This document shows, piece after piece, positions 40,969-50,943 of a DNA stretch of 64,000 bases. Origin of the DNA: a virus; the IMG/VR virus record IMGVR_UViG_3300022908_000002, positions 1 through 64,000 of that record. One strand, 5' to 3'. Both the position numbers and the translations under genes were made by a program. The notes beneath the pieces are model-generated. The model did not search any database and was not told where the DNA came from. It saw only the letters and a program-made list of their open reading frames with translations. Each line of letters begins with the position of its first letter. The stretch's first letter is position 1.

Positions 40969-43900
40969 ATGCCTATTGGCATTGGAACCGGCGTCAGTAT
41001 TGGTTCCGCAACTCTTTATCTCTTCGCTGACGCCTCTGGTATCAGTAAGGGTCTAGCCCAAGCAGAAAAAGATACGGCTGCGTTCGAGCGACGCACGGCG
41101 CAGACAGCGGCTGCGACGCAGAAAAATGCGGCGGCACAGGGCGCTGCCAAGACTGCTATTAGCAGCCGCGATCTTGCAACCTCCAGTCAATTCGTCCAAC
41201 TCCAGAACAGTATTGCCCTTGCGTCGCAGAAGGCGTCTGCCGCCATTCAGGATGCGTATGACAAGCGCAACGAGGCGATCCAGCGGCACGCGCGGGTTTC
41301 CGCCAAGACCGACGCGACGTTCAAGGCGTCGCAGGACAAGGCGCTTGTGCATATCAATGCGCTGGCCGCTGCGGAAAAGAAACTCGCTGCCGATCAAGCG
41401 AAGTTGGCTCGTCTGAAACAAGGGTCAGACAAACACACTGCACTTGATGCCTCAATCAATCAGCAGATTGCGGGGATGAAGAAGCTGGAGCAGGCAGCCG
41501 CCCGCGCCAATGCGAATCTTGCCAAATCTACTGCCACGCGAGACAGGGATGCGAAACGGTCCAGTGATTTTCTGGCCAAGACCATTGAGACAGCGAACGC
41601 CAAAGAAAAGGCGGCGATAGACGAACACAGCAAGTTACTAACGGCACAGGCTGCGTCGTATCGGAATCTGGCGGCGACTGCTGGTCCTGAGTACATGCGA
41701 CTCGCTCGCACGGTTGAAACCGCTGCCCGCAAGATGATCGAGGCTGAGCAGCGTGTCGCTTCAGCGCGTCAGCAGCAGAATGCCGCCGTCAACAATCGCA
41801 TCGCGGCACAGACCAGTGGGCGTGGTGTTTCGGCAGCGGTCGTTGCGGAAGAACGCGCCAATCGTGGTCTGCTTTTGGCGCAGGATCGGCTGCGTGTCGC
41901 TCGGTCTAACGCTGCCGCAGCAGACGCAGCGTTCACCAATAAGTGGATTGCGAACGCCCACAAGCGCGAAGCGGCGGCATTGGCTGAGGCCAATAAGGTC
42001 ATTGAAGCTCAGAAGCGAGAAGAAGCGGCTCGCAAGCAGATGCAGTCGAACGCGCTGGATAGAGCGGCTGGCTCGTCGATAGCCGCGTCTGCTGCCATGA
42101 TCGGTGTCGTCAAATCAACGACGAGTGCGTTCGGCAACTTCCAAGAAGAGATGATCAAGACCGCAGCCATTTCGACTGAGGTCAAGGAGAACTTTGACGA
42201 GTTTTCCGAAACAATAAAGAACTTAGCCGTTGAGCTTGGCAAGAGTCCGACAGAACTGGCTGGCGCGCTTCAGGAAGTTGCACAGGCCGGTTTTGAAGGC
42301 GCTGACGCGATGGAGATTGTCGAAGCGGCGGCCAAGGCTGCGGCGGCTGGCTATACCGACGCGACAACGGCTGCTCGTCCGTTCATCGGTGTTCTCAACT
42401 CGTACAAAGATGCCGGGCTTGATGCGGCAACGGTTTCTGACCTGCTGTTCTCGGCTGTTACAGAAGGCGTGTTTTCGTTCCAAGAACTGTCAACGCAACT
42501 GGGCGACAACATTTCCCTGTTCTCGTCGATGAACAAAGACCTGAAAGACATTCTGGCGTCGTATGTCGTCCTGACCAAGCGCTCCAATAGCCTCTCCGAA
42601 TCAACGACACAGTTGAACGGCATCATGAACTCGTTCCTGAAGCCGACCGAGGCGCTCAACGCTGCGATTCGTGAGCTTGGGTACGAGAGTGCGCAAACCT
42701 TTGCCAAGCAGGAAGACTTCGCCACCATTCTTGCAACCGTCCAACAGCTTCTCCACGGTAACGAAGAAGCGGCTGCTTCGCTCTTCCCGAACATTCGTGC
42801 TCTGCGCGGTATCTTCGGCTTGACCAATGATGAACTTCAGGATTACACGGTCATTTCCACCAAGCTGCGGCTTGAGCAGGAAAAGGGTGGAGAAACGGCG
42901 CGCGTTCTGGCGGAAGTGCAAAAAGGCTTCAACTTCCAGATGCGTCAGGCGTCCGTTGAGTTGCAATTGATGGCTATTTCCATCGGTGCAACGATGGCTC
43001 CGGCGCTGCTGTCGATGGCGAAAGCCTTGGCCAATGTTGCTGAGGGTATTACCAGTCTGAACGAGTCAACGGGCGGGCTTGTTGGCAAGATACTCGGATT
43101 CACCGCTGGCATATCGCTTGCCACTTTTGCGTTGTTGCGCTTTGGCGTAATGATGAAAAACACCGTCCGAATGGCTCTCGATTTGGGTGGTGCGTTAAAG
43201 GATTTGTACAGCCGGTTTGTGAAGACGGCTGCTGGAGCGCGGCTCATGAGTGCCGCGCTGACGCCGTTGGGCATCACGATGGGTCTTGCCCTGATCGCTG
43301 GCGGTTTGCTTTATATCCAGCACAAGAGACAGGAGAAGTCAGCTCGTGATCTGGAGGCTGCATACAAAGACCTTGACGCATCCATTGAAGACCTGACAAC
43401 TCGTGAAGACCTGACACGAGAAGAGGTCCAGCAATTTGAAGACCTTGCTGATGCCATCAAACATGCTACTGCCGAGGCTGACATTGCTCACGACACGATT
43501 GCAACGGCATTCAACACCATTACACAGGGTGGCGGTGCGCCTGATCCCAGAATCTATTACGAGAACGCCGATGGAACGATCCGCTGGGCGTCCGCAATGG
43601 ACGAACTTGGCACTGTCACTGCCTACACGACGGGTACGCAGCAGCAGTTCACCGATTGGATCAATCAGGTAGGCATTGCCAGTATTGACGATATTACGAA
43701 GTCTCTGGTTCTGTTCACCGAGATTCAGAATACTGCTGGCATCAATGCGCAAAAAGTCAAAGACAAGTTGCAGCCACTTGTTGATGATGTTCTGGCCGGT
43801 AAACCCGGAGCAGCAAAGATTCTTATTGATGAAATTGCCGATGTTCGTCAGCACCTGTCCCAGTATCTTGACGACACACTCCAGACCGAGAACGCGATTT

Positions 43901-46791
43901 CCAAACTCGGTACACAACTCGTCAATCTTGGTCAATTCTTCAAGGATGAATCTGAGGCTGCTGATGAGTTCCGGCAAGCCCTGAAGGGTGTGTCTGACAG
44001 CGCTGTTGCAGCGGCGATGGGGCTGGCCAATATCGGCGATCCATTGATGTTCATCAATGACCAGCTTCTTGATACGGGGCTATCGTTGAATCAGGTCTTG
44101 CTCAGGATGGATGACCTGAACAAGATTGAACTCACTGGTGTCGAGCGAGACATCATCGAGGCTGCCGCTGAAGTCGATAAGTGGCAGGGGAAGATTGACG
44201 AACTCAACGCCACATTTGCCACGTCTGACACCGCTATCAGTTCGTGGCAGGCAATCATTTCGCGCACGTCTGATCTGGTTGGCACGCAAGCGGATGGGTT
44301 TGCGTCGCTCAACGATATGGTGGCGCGTAACAAGGTTACGACCGCCGAAGCAGCCAACATTCAGAAGGCTGCCATTTACCTTAACGAGCGCGCCAAGATC
44401 GGTATTGATGAAGAGCGTGTCGCTATGGCGAAGGCTCTGCCGAATCTTGCCAAGTTCGTGCAGGCGCACTCATTCGCTTCCGATAAGTACGAGGAAATAA
44501 AGGGCAGCGCTGAGGGCTTCGCTGCGGCGATGGGCGATGCGACGAATCAAGCCATCATCATGACCGCGATCATGCTGAAGCTTGCCAACGCGATGAACGA
44601 AGATGCGTTCCCCGTTGAGTACGTCGAAGAGTTCACCCGTCAGATTCTTCTCGCCAATCCTGCTGCCGCTGCTCTGCTGGACACACTCGGTCTGATTCCT
44701 GAAAAGGTTCAAGCCGAGTTCCAGATGAAAATCGATGACGGCGCTGCTCTTGCCGCGCTGGACACCATTGAAGAAGTCGAAGCTGCTATCAACCGAGCCT
44801 ATACCGGCTTCACCAAGCGCAAGATGTTTGGTGTTGTTGTTGATCAAAAGGCGCTTGATCGCGTCGATCTTCTGAACAAGAAGATCAAGGTTCTCGAAGA
44901 TGGTGGTGACACCAGTGCCATCAATGCCGAGCTAGAGGCACTGGATAGCGGCATTGCAGACACCGTTGAAGAGGTCGAAAAGCTTCAAGATGCGTGGTCT
45001 GATCTTGGTGACAAGGTTCATTCGTCTCAGGAGCAAATGACGGCTGATGCAGCGGCAGCGGCTGAGGGTGTCCTCCAAGAGACGGGCGCAATTCTCGATC
45101 TTCAAGACCCGGTCAGGACACTCAACACCCTGCTCGGTACAACTGGCCTGAGTTTCGACGAAATCCTGTTGAAGATGAATGAGGTCGGTACGACAGGTAT
45201 CAACCTTGATGTCAACCAGCAGAAGTTGCTTGAAGCCAGAGCCGCGCTCAACGATGTCGAAGAGGCCATTGTTGCAGTTGATGCTGCCATTCAGAACAAC
45301 AACGAAGACTATTCGATGTGGCAGGGTCGGCTCGACACGATCAACCAAGCGCTCGGTGTCTCCGAAGAAACGATGGCTGACTACTTCGGTCAATTGCAGG
45401 CCGGAACGATCACTGAGCAGCAATACATCGACCTGATTTCCGGATCGGAAGCAGAAGACGGCTACTCCAATCTCAACAAGTTGGTAGAAGAAAATAAACT
45501 CAGCCGCAAAGAAGCGGATGATGCAATCCGAGATTCCATCTGGTTGCGTGAACGCTCACTGGGCGGCATGGAAGACGAGCAAGCTGCCCAAGCCAGACTC
45601 ATCCCCATCCTTCGGAAGTACGTCGAAGCCCACGACGATGCGGACGGTGCCCTCACTGATCTAACTGACGGTCAGGAAGGCTTCCTTGCCGCGATGTCTG
45701 CCACCAACACGGCGATGGCGTTGCAGACGTACATGATGTTTCTCCAATTGGAGGCAATGGGCAAACTCGCCGAGGGAACAGCGGATTCGTTCCTTGAACT
45801 GGCGGGTGAGGCTGATCCGGTGCTCCAAGCGCTGCTCCGTGATCTTGGTTTGATCGAAGACTCTGATCCGGTCGTTGACGTCACATTCCATTTCCCGTCT
45901 GAGAACACCACCAAGATTCGGACCCAGAAGATTCTCGACTCTGTTCCGGGCCATATTGATGCGGGTGTTGCGATCCACCCGACACAAACCGCTGAGGAAG
46001 CTGCCGCGACACCCGGCAAGACCCCGACCGCAGAAGCACCTGAACCCGTCAAGATTCCTGCTCCGGACACCACCGCAGCCGATAAGGGTATGGCTGACTT
46101 TCAGTTGCGTGTTACGGCGAGTGGTGCAGCATCGGGTACCGCGTTCGATGTTTCTATGCAGCAGGCAATCACTGCTCAATCATTTCAGGTGATCGGTGCG
46201 GTCAACGGTATTGCTACTCGTTTGGGCGGTTTCGCCGTTCAAATGGCTGGTGTTGGCTGGGCCGCTGGTGTCGCCTTCGATCAGGGTATGGCGAACGCAA
46301 TCAACGCCGGATTCCTTGCGGTTGGTGCAGCGCACGCTTTGGGCACGCGCACCTACAACGCCCTGAAATCAGCGATTGAGTCTGACTCTCCCTCCAAGAA
46401 GACATACGAACTCGGTCAGTTCTTTGTGGATGGGTTTACCAACGCGATCAGCGACAGTGAGAGCTACGCGGTCAGTCAGGCCCGAGCAATGGGCATCAAC
46501 GTCAGCGGAGCCTTGCAGGACGGTCTGCAAAGCTCCCAGATGGACTCGATCCTGTTCGGTAAACCACTCGCCTCTGTCGGGATCAGTCAGTTCACACCGA
46601 GTTCGTATTCAACAGTCAATGGTGGTGCTGCTCCGATGGGCGCACACTTGGCATCGAACAACGTGACGGTCATCACGCCACTCCGGAGTGATGAATACAC
46701 ACAACTGCTCACCAACGCAGAGCGCGGTGGCTCAGCGGCTCGTTTTATTGATGAATTACCACGCGCTTACGGCGTAAGGAACGGTAGGTAG
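40969..46791 (+). CDS. tape measure protein
   Basis: 1940 aa. Ala/coiled-coil-rich with internal hydrophobic segments (e.g. ISLATFALLRFGVMM, LGITMGLALIAGGLLYI). Canonical position. Confidence 0.9.
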   Translation: MPIGIGTGVSIGSATLYLFADASGISKGLAQAEKDTAAFERRTAQTAAATQKNAAAQGAAKTAISSRDLATSSQFVQLQNSIALASQKASAAIQDAYDKRNEAIQRHARVSAKTDATFKASQDKALVHINALAAAEKKLAADQAKLARLKQGSDKHTALDASINQQIAGMKKLEQAAARANANLAKSTATRDRDAKRSSDFLAKTIETANAKEKAAIDEHSKLLTAQAASYRNLAATAGPEYMRLARTVETAARKMIEAEQRVASARQQQNAAVNNRIAAQTSGRGVSAAVVAEERANRGLLLAQDRLRVARSNAAAADAAFTNKWIANAHKREAAALAEANKVIEAQKREEAARKQMQSNALDRAAGSSIAASAAMIGVVKSTTSAFGNFQEEMIKTAAISTEVKENFDEFSETIKNLAVELGKSPTELAGALQEVAQAGFEGADAMEIVEAAAKAAAAGYTDATTAARPFIGVLNSYKDAGLDAATVSDLLFSAVTEGVFSFQELSTQLGDNISLFSSMNKDLKDILASYVVLTKRSNSLSESTTQLNGIMNSFLKPTEALNAAIRELGYESAQTFAKQEDFATILATVQQLLHGNEEAAASLFPNIRALRGIFGLTNDELQDYTVISTKLRLEQEKGGETARVLAEVQKGFNFQMRQASVELQLMAISIGATMAPALLSMAKALANVAEGITSLNESTGGLVGKILGFTAGISLATFALLRFGVMMKNTVRMALDLGGALKDLYSRFVKTAAGARLMSAALTPLGITMGLALIAGGLLYIQHKRQEKSARDLEAAYKDLDASIEDLTTREDLTREEVQQFEDLADAIKHATAEADIAHDTIATAFNTITQGGGAPDPRIYYENADGTIRWASAMDELGTVTAYTTGTQQQFTDWINQVGIASIDDITKSLVLFTEIQNTAGINAQKVKDKLQPLVDDVLAGKPGAAKILIDEIADVRQHLSQYLDDTLQTENAISKLGTQLVNLGQFFKDESEAADEFRQALKGVSDSAVAAAMGLANIGDPLMFINDQLLDTGLSLNQVLLRMDDLNKIELTGVERDIIEAAAEVDKWQGKIDELNATFATSDTAISSWQAIISRTSDLVGTQADGFASLNDMVARNKVTTAEAANIQKAAIYLNERAKIGIDEERVAMAKALPNLAKFVQAHSFASDKYEEIKGSAEGFAAAMGDATNQAIIMTAIMLKLANAMNEDAFPVEYVEEFTRQILLANPAAAALLDTLGLIPEKVQAEFQMKIDDGAALAALDTIEEVEAAINRAYTGFTKRKMFGVVVDQKALDRVDLLNKKIKVLEDGGDTSAINAELEALDSGIADTVEEVEKLQDAWSDLGDKVHSSQEQMTADAAAAAEGVLQETGAILDLQDPVRTLNTLLGTTGLSFDEILLKMNEVGTTGINLDVNQQKLLEARAALNDVEEAIVAVDAAIQNNNEDYSMWQGRLDTINQALGVSEETMADYFGQLQAGTITEQQYIDLISGSEAEDGYSNLNKLVEENKLSRKEADDAIRDSIWLRERSLGGMEDEQAAQARLIPILRKYVEAHDDADGALTDLTDGQEGFLAAMSATNTAMALQTYMMFLQLEAMGKLAEGTADSFLELAGEADPVLQALLRDLGLIEDSDPVVDVTFHFPSENTTKIRTQKILDSVPGHIDAGVAIHPTQTAEEAAATPGKTPTAEAPEPVKIPAPDTTAADKGMADFQLRVTASGAASGTAFDVSMQQAITAQSFQVIGAVNGIATRLGGFAVQMAGVGWAAGVAFDQGMANAINAGFLAVGAAHALGTRTYNALKSAIESDSPSKKTYELGQFFVDGFTNAISDSESYAVSQARAMGINVSGALQDGLQSSQMDSILFGKPLASVGISQFTPSSYSTVNGGAAPMGAHLASNNVTVITPLRSDEYTQLLTNAERGGSAARFIDELPRAYGVRNGR

Positions 46792-46793
46792 CG

Positions 46794-49415
46794 GTGCCCG
46801 ATATTGGATACCACCCCGGTACAAATGTCGTTGCGTTCGACACCACGAGCACAACCGACCAACTGAATCAGCGGGCATCCGAAGTCGAGAAGATGACGGA
46901 GCACGGCTGGGGCTATCGGATCAGCGCCCGGATGGGACGTGTTACCGCTACTTCACCCCGCGTCAAACTCTCCGTCTGGACGGGTGATAACGGCCCATCC
47001 GTATTGCTGGAAACGACGCAGGAGTTCTCGGTCGGCACCTCCATGACCTCGGTGTCAACAGGTGCCACCTACGTCAAGGAATTGCTCAACCCGATCCGGA
47101 TGCAATCCGGCAAACGCTACTCGCCCGGCTTCAATGCCAACGATGCCCGGATTGCCTATGGCTACATTCCCAAGGCAAATATCGCCACCGGCAATATCTA
47201 CGATCTGTGGCAGCGCACGGTTGCTTCCGGCCCAACCCCACAAGACCCGTTCGGCCCCACATCTTCCCGTGATGATTACGGCTGGATGGCGATCTGGGTG
47301 GATTACGAACCGAATGTGCCACCCAACCTGCCAACCTCACGGACGCCGAGTAACGGGGCGTTCGTGGCCGGTACCAAACCGACCTTTATGGCGACATTCT
47401 CGGATGACAATCAGACGATGCCCAACGGGGATACGGCTGATTCACTGTCCAAGTACCAGATTTTCGTGCGCACTTCGACTGGAGCCGCTCTCTGGGACAG
47501 CGGCATTATTCCCGCTAGTCAGACGGAGAGCGAGACAAGCCAGATCGCCTACTACTGGGATAACACTCTGCTCGTTGATGGAGCGACATATTCGTGGGGA
47601 ATCAAGGTCTGGGATCAGTTTGATGCCTCGACGACGTCGCAGTTCAATACCTTTACAGTCGGTTCTGGCTACATCGAGACAACGGCTCCGAACGGACGCC
47701 AGACGAGTCGCACGCCCGGTCCATGGACAGGGGTCTGGCACAACAGCTTCGGCGCAACTCTGACCCATGTCCGGATTCAGATTCAGAACCGGGAGACGGG
47801 CAGCATTATCCGGGAGACATCGGACATCTCGGTAGGGACACCCAAGACCAATGGGCAGACGTTCTCGCTGACGTGGGCGCAACTGGCGCAGACGCAGCTT
47901 CCCTACGACACGCGCTTGCAGTGGCGAGCGATGGGTAAGACCAACACGCCCTCCTACACCAACTACTCCGGGTGGCGGACCTTTGAAGAGAACGCCCCGC
48001 CCACAGTTCCCCGTATCTACTCTCCGGGAGCTAGTGACGGAACGCTGGCGTCATCCTCTCGCCCGCTGATCACCGCCGGGGGGCTTGATCCTGATCAATT
48101 GCCGGGATCGGGCTGGCAAATGTATGTCCGTATCAAGGATTCCAGCGGCACGGTGCTCTTTACCCGGCTCATGAATTACAGCCCGGCGGACAGCTTTGAG
48201 GATTCAGCGGTCTTCACTTACCAGACGACTTCCACAGACCTGCCCTCCTTCGGCGACTACCTCTTCGATGCGTGGTCCTACGACGGCTATCTCTATAGCG
48301 GTGGCAACGACGTGCAGGGCGCGAACATGCTCTCGGATGAGGTGTCGTTCACCTACCGGGCCGGTCCTGTGGTCCAGAACATCACCCCGGTTGAGGGCGG
48401 CACTATCGGCACTGATGAACCCCGTTACGACTGGAATGTCCCCGGTACACAGGTGCGCTATCGGGTCCGGGTCTATCCATGGGGCTCCGGCACAGCCGAG
48501 GTGCCCATGATCTATGACAGCCGCGAAATCACCACCACGCAGGAGTTCCACGATCAGCCGGGTGGCTATCTAGAGAACAACGGCAACTACTACCGAGTGA
48601 TTGATGTCTGGGACGGAACGAACACCCAAGGCACCAGTGACGCCTTTCACTTCCATGTGGAGTTCAGCGGGGCCCATGACATCACGAACTTTGTCGCTTC
48701 ACCGCATCGCGCCCGCTACGACCTGACGCCAACCTCGGTCTTGCTTTCGTGGGATCAGAGTGATTACGACAGTGACGAGTTCGTGCGGTACATCGTCACC
48801 CGGCAGGCTGATACCGAGACACTCTTTGAGGTGGATGATGCTCAGACCGATGCCAATCGTCGGATTGCCGAAATCACCAGCAAGTCACAGACCTCTTTCG
48901 TGGACTATCTCCCGGCCTCGGGGGTGACATACACCTACCGGGTCAAACAGCAGGTCAAGGTCGGTTCCAGTACCGTCACCAGTGCGTCGTCCGCACAGGA
49001 GATACGGGTTGACTTCAAGGAGACGGTCATCTGCGATGCGCGGCATGGCGGCGCACGTCGAGCCGTGCTGCCCTATCGGACGAGTCGGGATATTCCTCGT
49101 GAGTTCGACCGCGAAGCTCGTCGTCCGTGGGGAAGTCGGGCGCCCATGTATCGCAAGACAAAGCGCTTCAATCGCAAGATCAGCGGGGACTTCTACATCT
49201 CGCCCGAGTCCGGGTTCGATGTCGCCGAAATCATCAATGAACTGGACAAGCTGACCTACTACGGTGGTCCGATGTGCTACCGGGACGGACGGGGTCGTCG
49301 CTACTTCGGGGAGATTGACGACTTCCAAGAGAAAGATGATCAGGGAGGCCGTCCGCGCATCGTCACGATCTCCTTCGGGCAGAGTAATGCCGCCGAAGAG
49401 AAGGATGTGAATTAG
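46794..49415 (+). CDS. distal tail protein-like with about four FN3 / rhamnosidase-N-like modules
   Basis: 873 aa. Contains repeated modules such as YQIFVRTSTGAALWDSGIIPAS...YSWGIKVWD. The C-terminal ~150 aa resemble a siphovirus tail-component domain. Confidence 0.5.
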   Translation: MPDIGYHPGTNVVAFDTTSTTDQLNQRASEVEKMTEHGWGYRISARMGRVTATSPRVKLSVWTGDNGPSVLLETTQEFSVGTSMTSVSTGATYVKELLNPIRMQSGKRYSPGFNANDARIAYGYIPKANIATGNIYDLWQRTVASGPTPQDPFGPTSSRDDYGWMAIWVDYEPNVPPNLPTSRTPSNGAFVAGTKPTFMATFSDDNQTMPNGDTADSLSKYQIFVRTSTGAALWDSGIIPASQTESETSQIAYYWDNTLLVDGATYSWGIKVWDQFDASTTSQFNTFTVGSGYIETTAPNGRQTSRTPGPWTGVWHNSFGATLTHVRIQIQNRETGSIIRETSDISVGTPKTNGQTFSLTWAQLAQTQLPYDTRLQWRAMGKTNTPSYTNYSGWRTFEENAPPTVPRIYSPGASDGTLASSSRPLITAGGLDPDQLPGSGWQMYVRIKDSSGTVLFTRLMNYSPADSFEDSAVFTYQTTSTDLPSFGDYLFDAWSYDGYLYSGGNDVQGANMLSDEVSFTYRAGPVVQNITPVEGGTIGTDEPRYDWNVPGTQVRYRVRVYPWGSGTAEVPMIYDSREITTTQEFHDQPGGYLENNGNYYRVIDVWDGTNTQGTSDAFHFHVEFSGAHDITNFVASPHRARYDLTPTSVLLSWDQSDYDSDEFVRYIVTRQADTETLFEVDDAQTDANRRIAEITSKSQTSFVDYLPASGVTYTYRVKQQVKVGSSTVTSASSAQEIRVDFKETVICDARHGGARRAVLPYRTSRDIPREFDREARRPWGSRAPMYRKTKRFNRKISGDFYISPESGFDVAEIINELDKLTYYGGPMCYRDGRGRRYFGEIDDFQEKDDQGGRPRIVTISFGQSNAAEEKDVN

Positions 49416-50557
49416 TGCCTGATCCAGCAGCGATGATCAGCGGCGGTGACATCGATATTGACTATCGGTTCTATCTGGCCGATGAAAGCAATACTCGCAA
49501 GCAGGACATCACCGAGTCCATCTTTGAGGGGTCGATTGATGCTGACACGACCTCGGAGGGCTGCATGATGGTCTTCCGGGGAACGTGTATCGAACGGGAC
49601 TTGCTAACCCCGTTCCGGGACTGGATCGTGCCGGTTATCCGCTTGACCTATCCCGATCCGGTGGACGGCAACAGCAACATCGTGGTTGAGCGTCAGATGG
49701 GGCTGTACAACATCATGCCCTCGCCGCGCACGCAGTGGAGTCAATACGGTCCGGCAATTGAGATTGACGCCCGTGATGCCCTCTATCGATTGACGAGTAA
49801 CGGACCCGGTGTGCCCTACAACATCGCCGCAGGCACCAATGTCGCGGCCAAGATGCAATCGATCTGCAACGCGGTCGGGATCAACGCCCAGATTCAGGCC
49901 AACACCAAGACGCTCCCCGGTAAACGCGCCTTTACCAGTGAGCAGAAGTGGATCGATATTGTCAACGCGCTGGGCCGCACCATCGGCTATGTCCCGATCT
50001 ACCCTTCACGCAAAAGCAAGTGGGTCTACAGCCGGGGCTTCCGCAAACTGGGCGACAGTCATCAAGCCTTTAAGTTGAGCACCGATGACGGCGCGATTGC
50101 GGATGACATAACCACCGAGGTTGATCTGACGCGGCTGAAGAACAAGGTGACGGTGGTGGGCAACAACTTGAAGGGGGAACCAATTTCCGTCGTGATTGTC
50201 AATAACGATCCCTCATCGCCCACGTCCACGGTCAGTCTGGGTACTGTCACCGATCCCTATGTCCTCAGTTACTACGAAGAGAACAGCAACATCATCGGGC
50301 AATCGGATGTCCGGGCACGGGCGGAGTACCTGATGGATCAGGGCACCAGCGTCTTTGAACGGATGAATGTCCGTTGTCCCCCCATCTATGATTGGGAGAT
50401 AAATGACGTCATCAAATGCGATCTGAGCGATGAGTTCGGCAATCAAATCGCTGCCGGAATATGGCGCTGGGAGCGGTTCCGCATGGACTTCACCCTAGAG
50501 GGGGACTACGAGTTCACTCTCTACAAGTTGATCAAATGGAGTCAGATCGATGGCTAG
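49415..50557 (+). CDS. tail hub or tail-associated protein (assigned by position)
   Basis: 380 aa. Follows the Dit-like gene. Start overlaps the upstream stop by 1 nt. Confidence 0.45.
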   Translation: MPDPAAMISGGDIDIDYRFYLADESNTRKQDITESIFEGSIDADTTSEGCMMVFRGTCIERDLLTPFRDWIVPVIRLTYPDPVDGNSNIVVERQMGLYNIMPSPRTQWSQYGPAIEIDARDALYRLTSNGPGVPYNIAAGTNVAAKMQSICNAVGINAQIQANTKTLPGKRAFTSEQKWIDIVNALGRTIGYVPIYPSRKSKWVYSRGFRKLGDSHQAFKLSTDDGAIADDITTEVDLTRLKNKVTVVGNNLKGEPISVVIVNNDPSSPTSTVSLGTVTDPYVLSYYEENSNIIGQSDVRARAEYLMDQGTSVFERMNVRCPPIYDWEINDVIKCDLSDEFGNQIAAGIWRWERFRMDFTLEGDYEFTLYKLIKWSQIDG

Positions 50558-50942
50558 AAGCACGCTCAAAACCCGCCCCGTCGAGTTCTGGCGGATCATG
50601 GAAGATCATGTCACGTCGCAGGTGCTCTCGACCTCGATGCGCAAGATGATCATCGACAACATCGACAGTGACGGCAACATCGCGGTCAAGGAGTCCGGCA
50701 CCGGCAATCTGCTGGATGAGAACTACGCCCGGATCGTCTTCCGGGAACCGATTCCGGGAGATGCGGTGCTCGTCGCAGAGATTCCGGGTCGGGGCAAGAC
50801 GGCTGATCCGACCCGGATCATTATCGGGGTCATTCAGAGCACCTATTTTGATTACGATGCAGGCGGTGGGGGCGGCGGCGATCCCCTCAGTGGACTGACC
50901 GAAATGGAAGTCCGCGCTCGCATCTTCTCCATCGGAGCCTGA
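50550..50942 (+). CDS. hypothetical tail protein
   Basis: 130 aa. Contains a poly-Gly run (GGGGGGD). Confidence 0.5.
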   Translation: MARSTLKTRPVEFWRIMEDHVTSQVLSTSMRKMIIDNIDSDGNIAVKESGTGNLLDENYARIVFREPIPGDAVLVAEIPGRGKTADPTRIIIGVIQSTYFDYDAGGGGGGDPLSGLTEMEVRARIFSIGA

Positions 50943-50943
50943 T

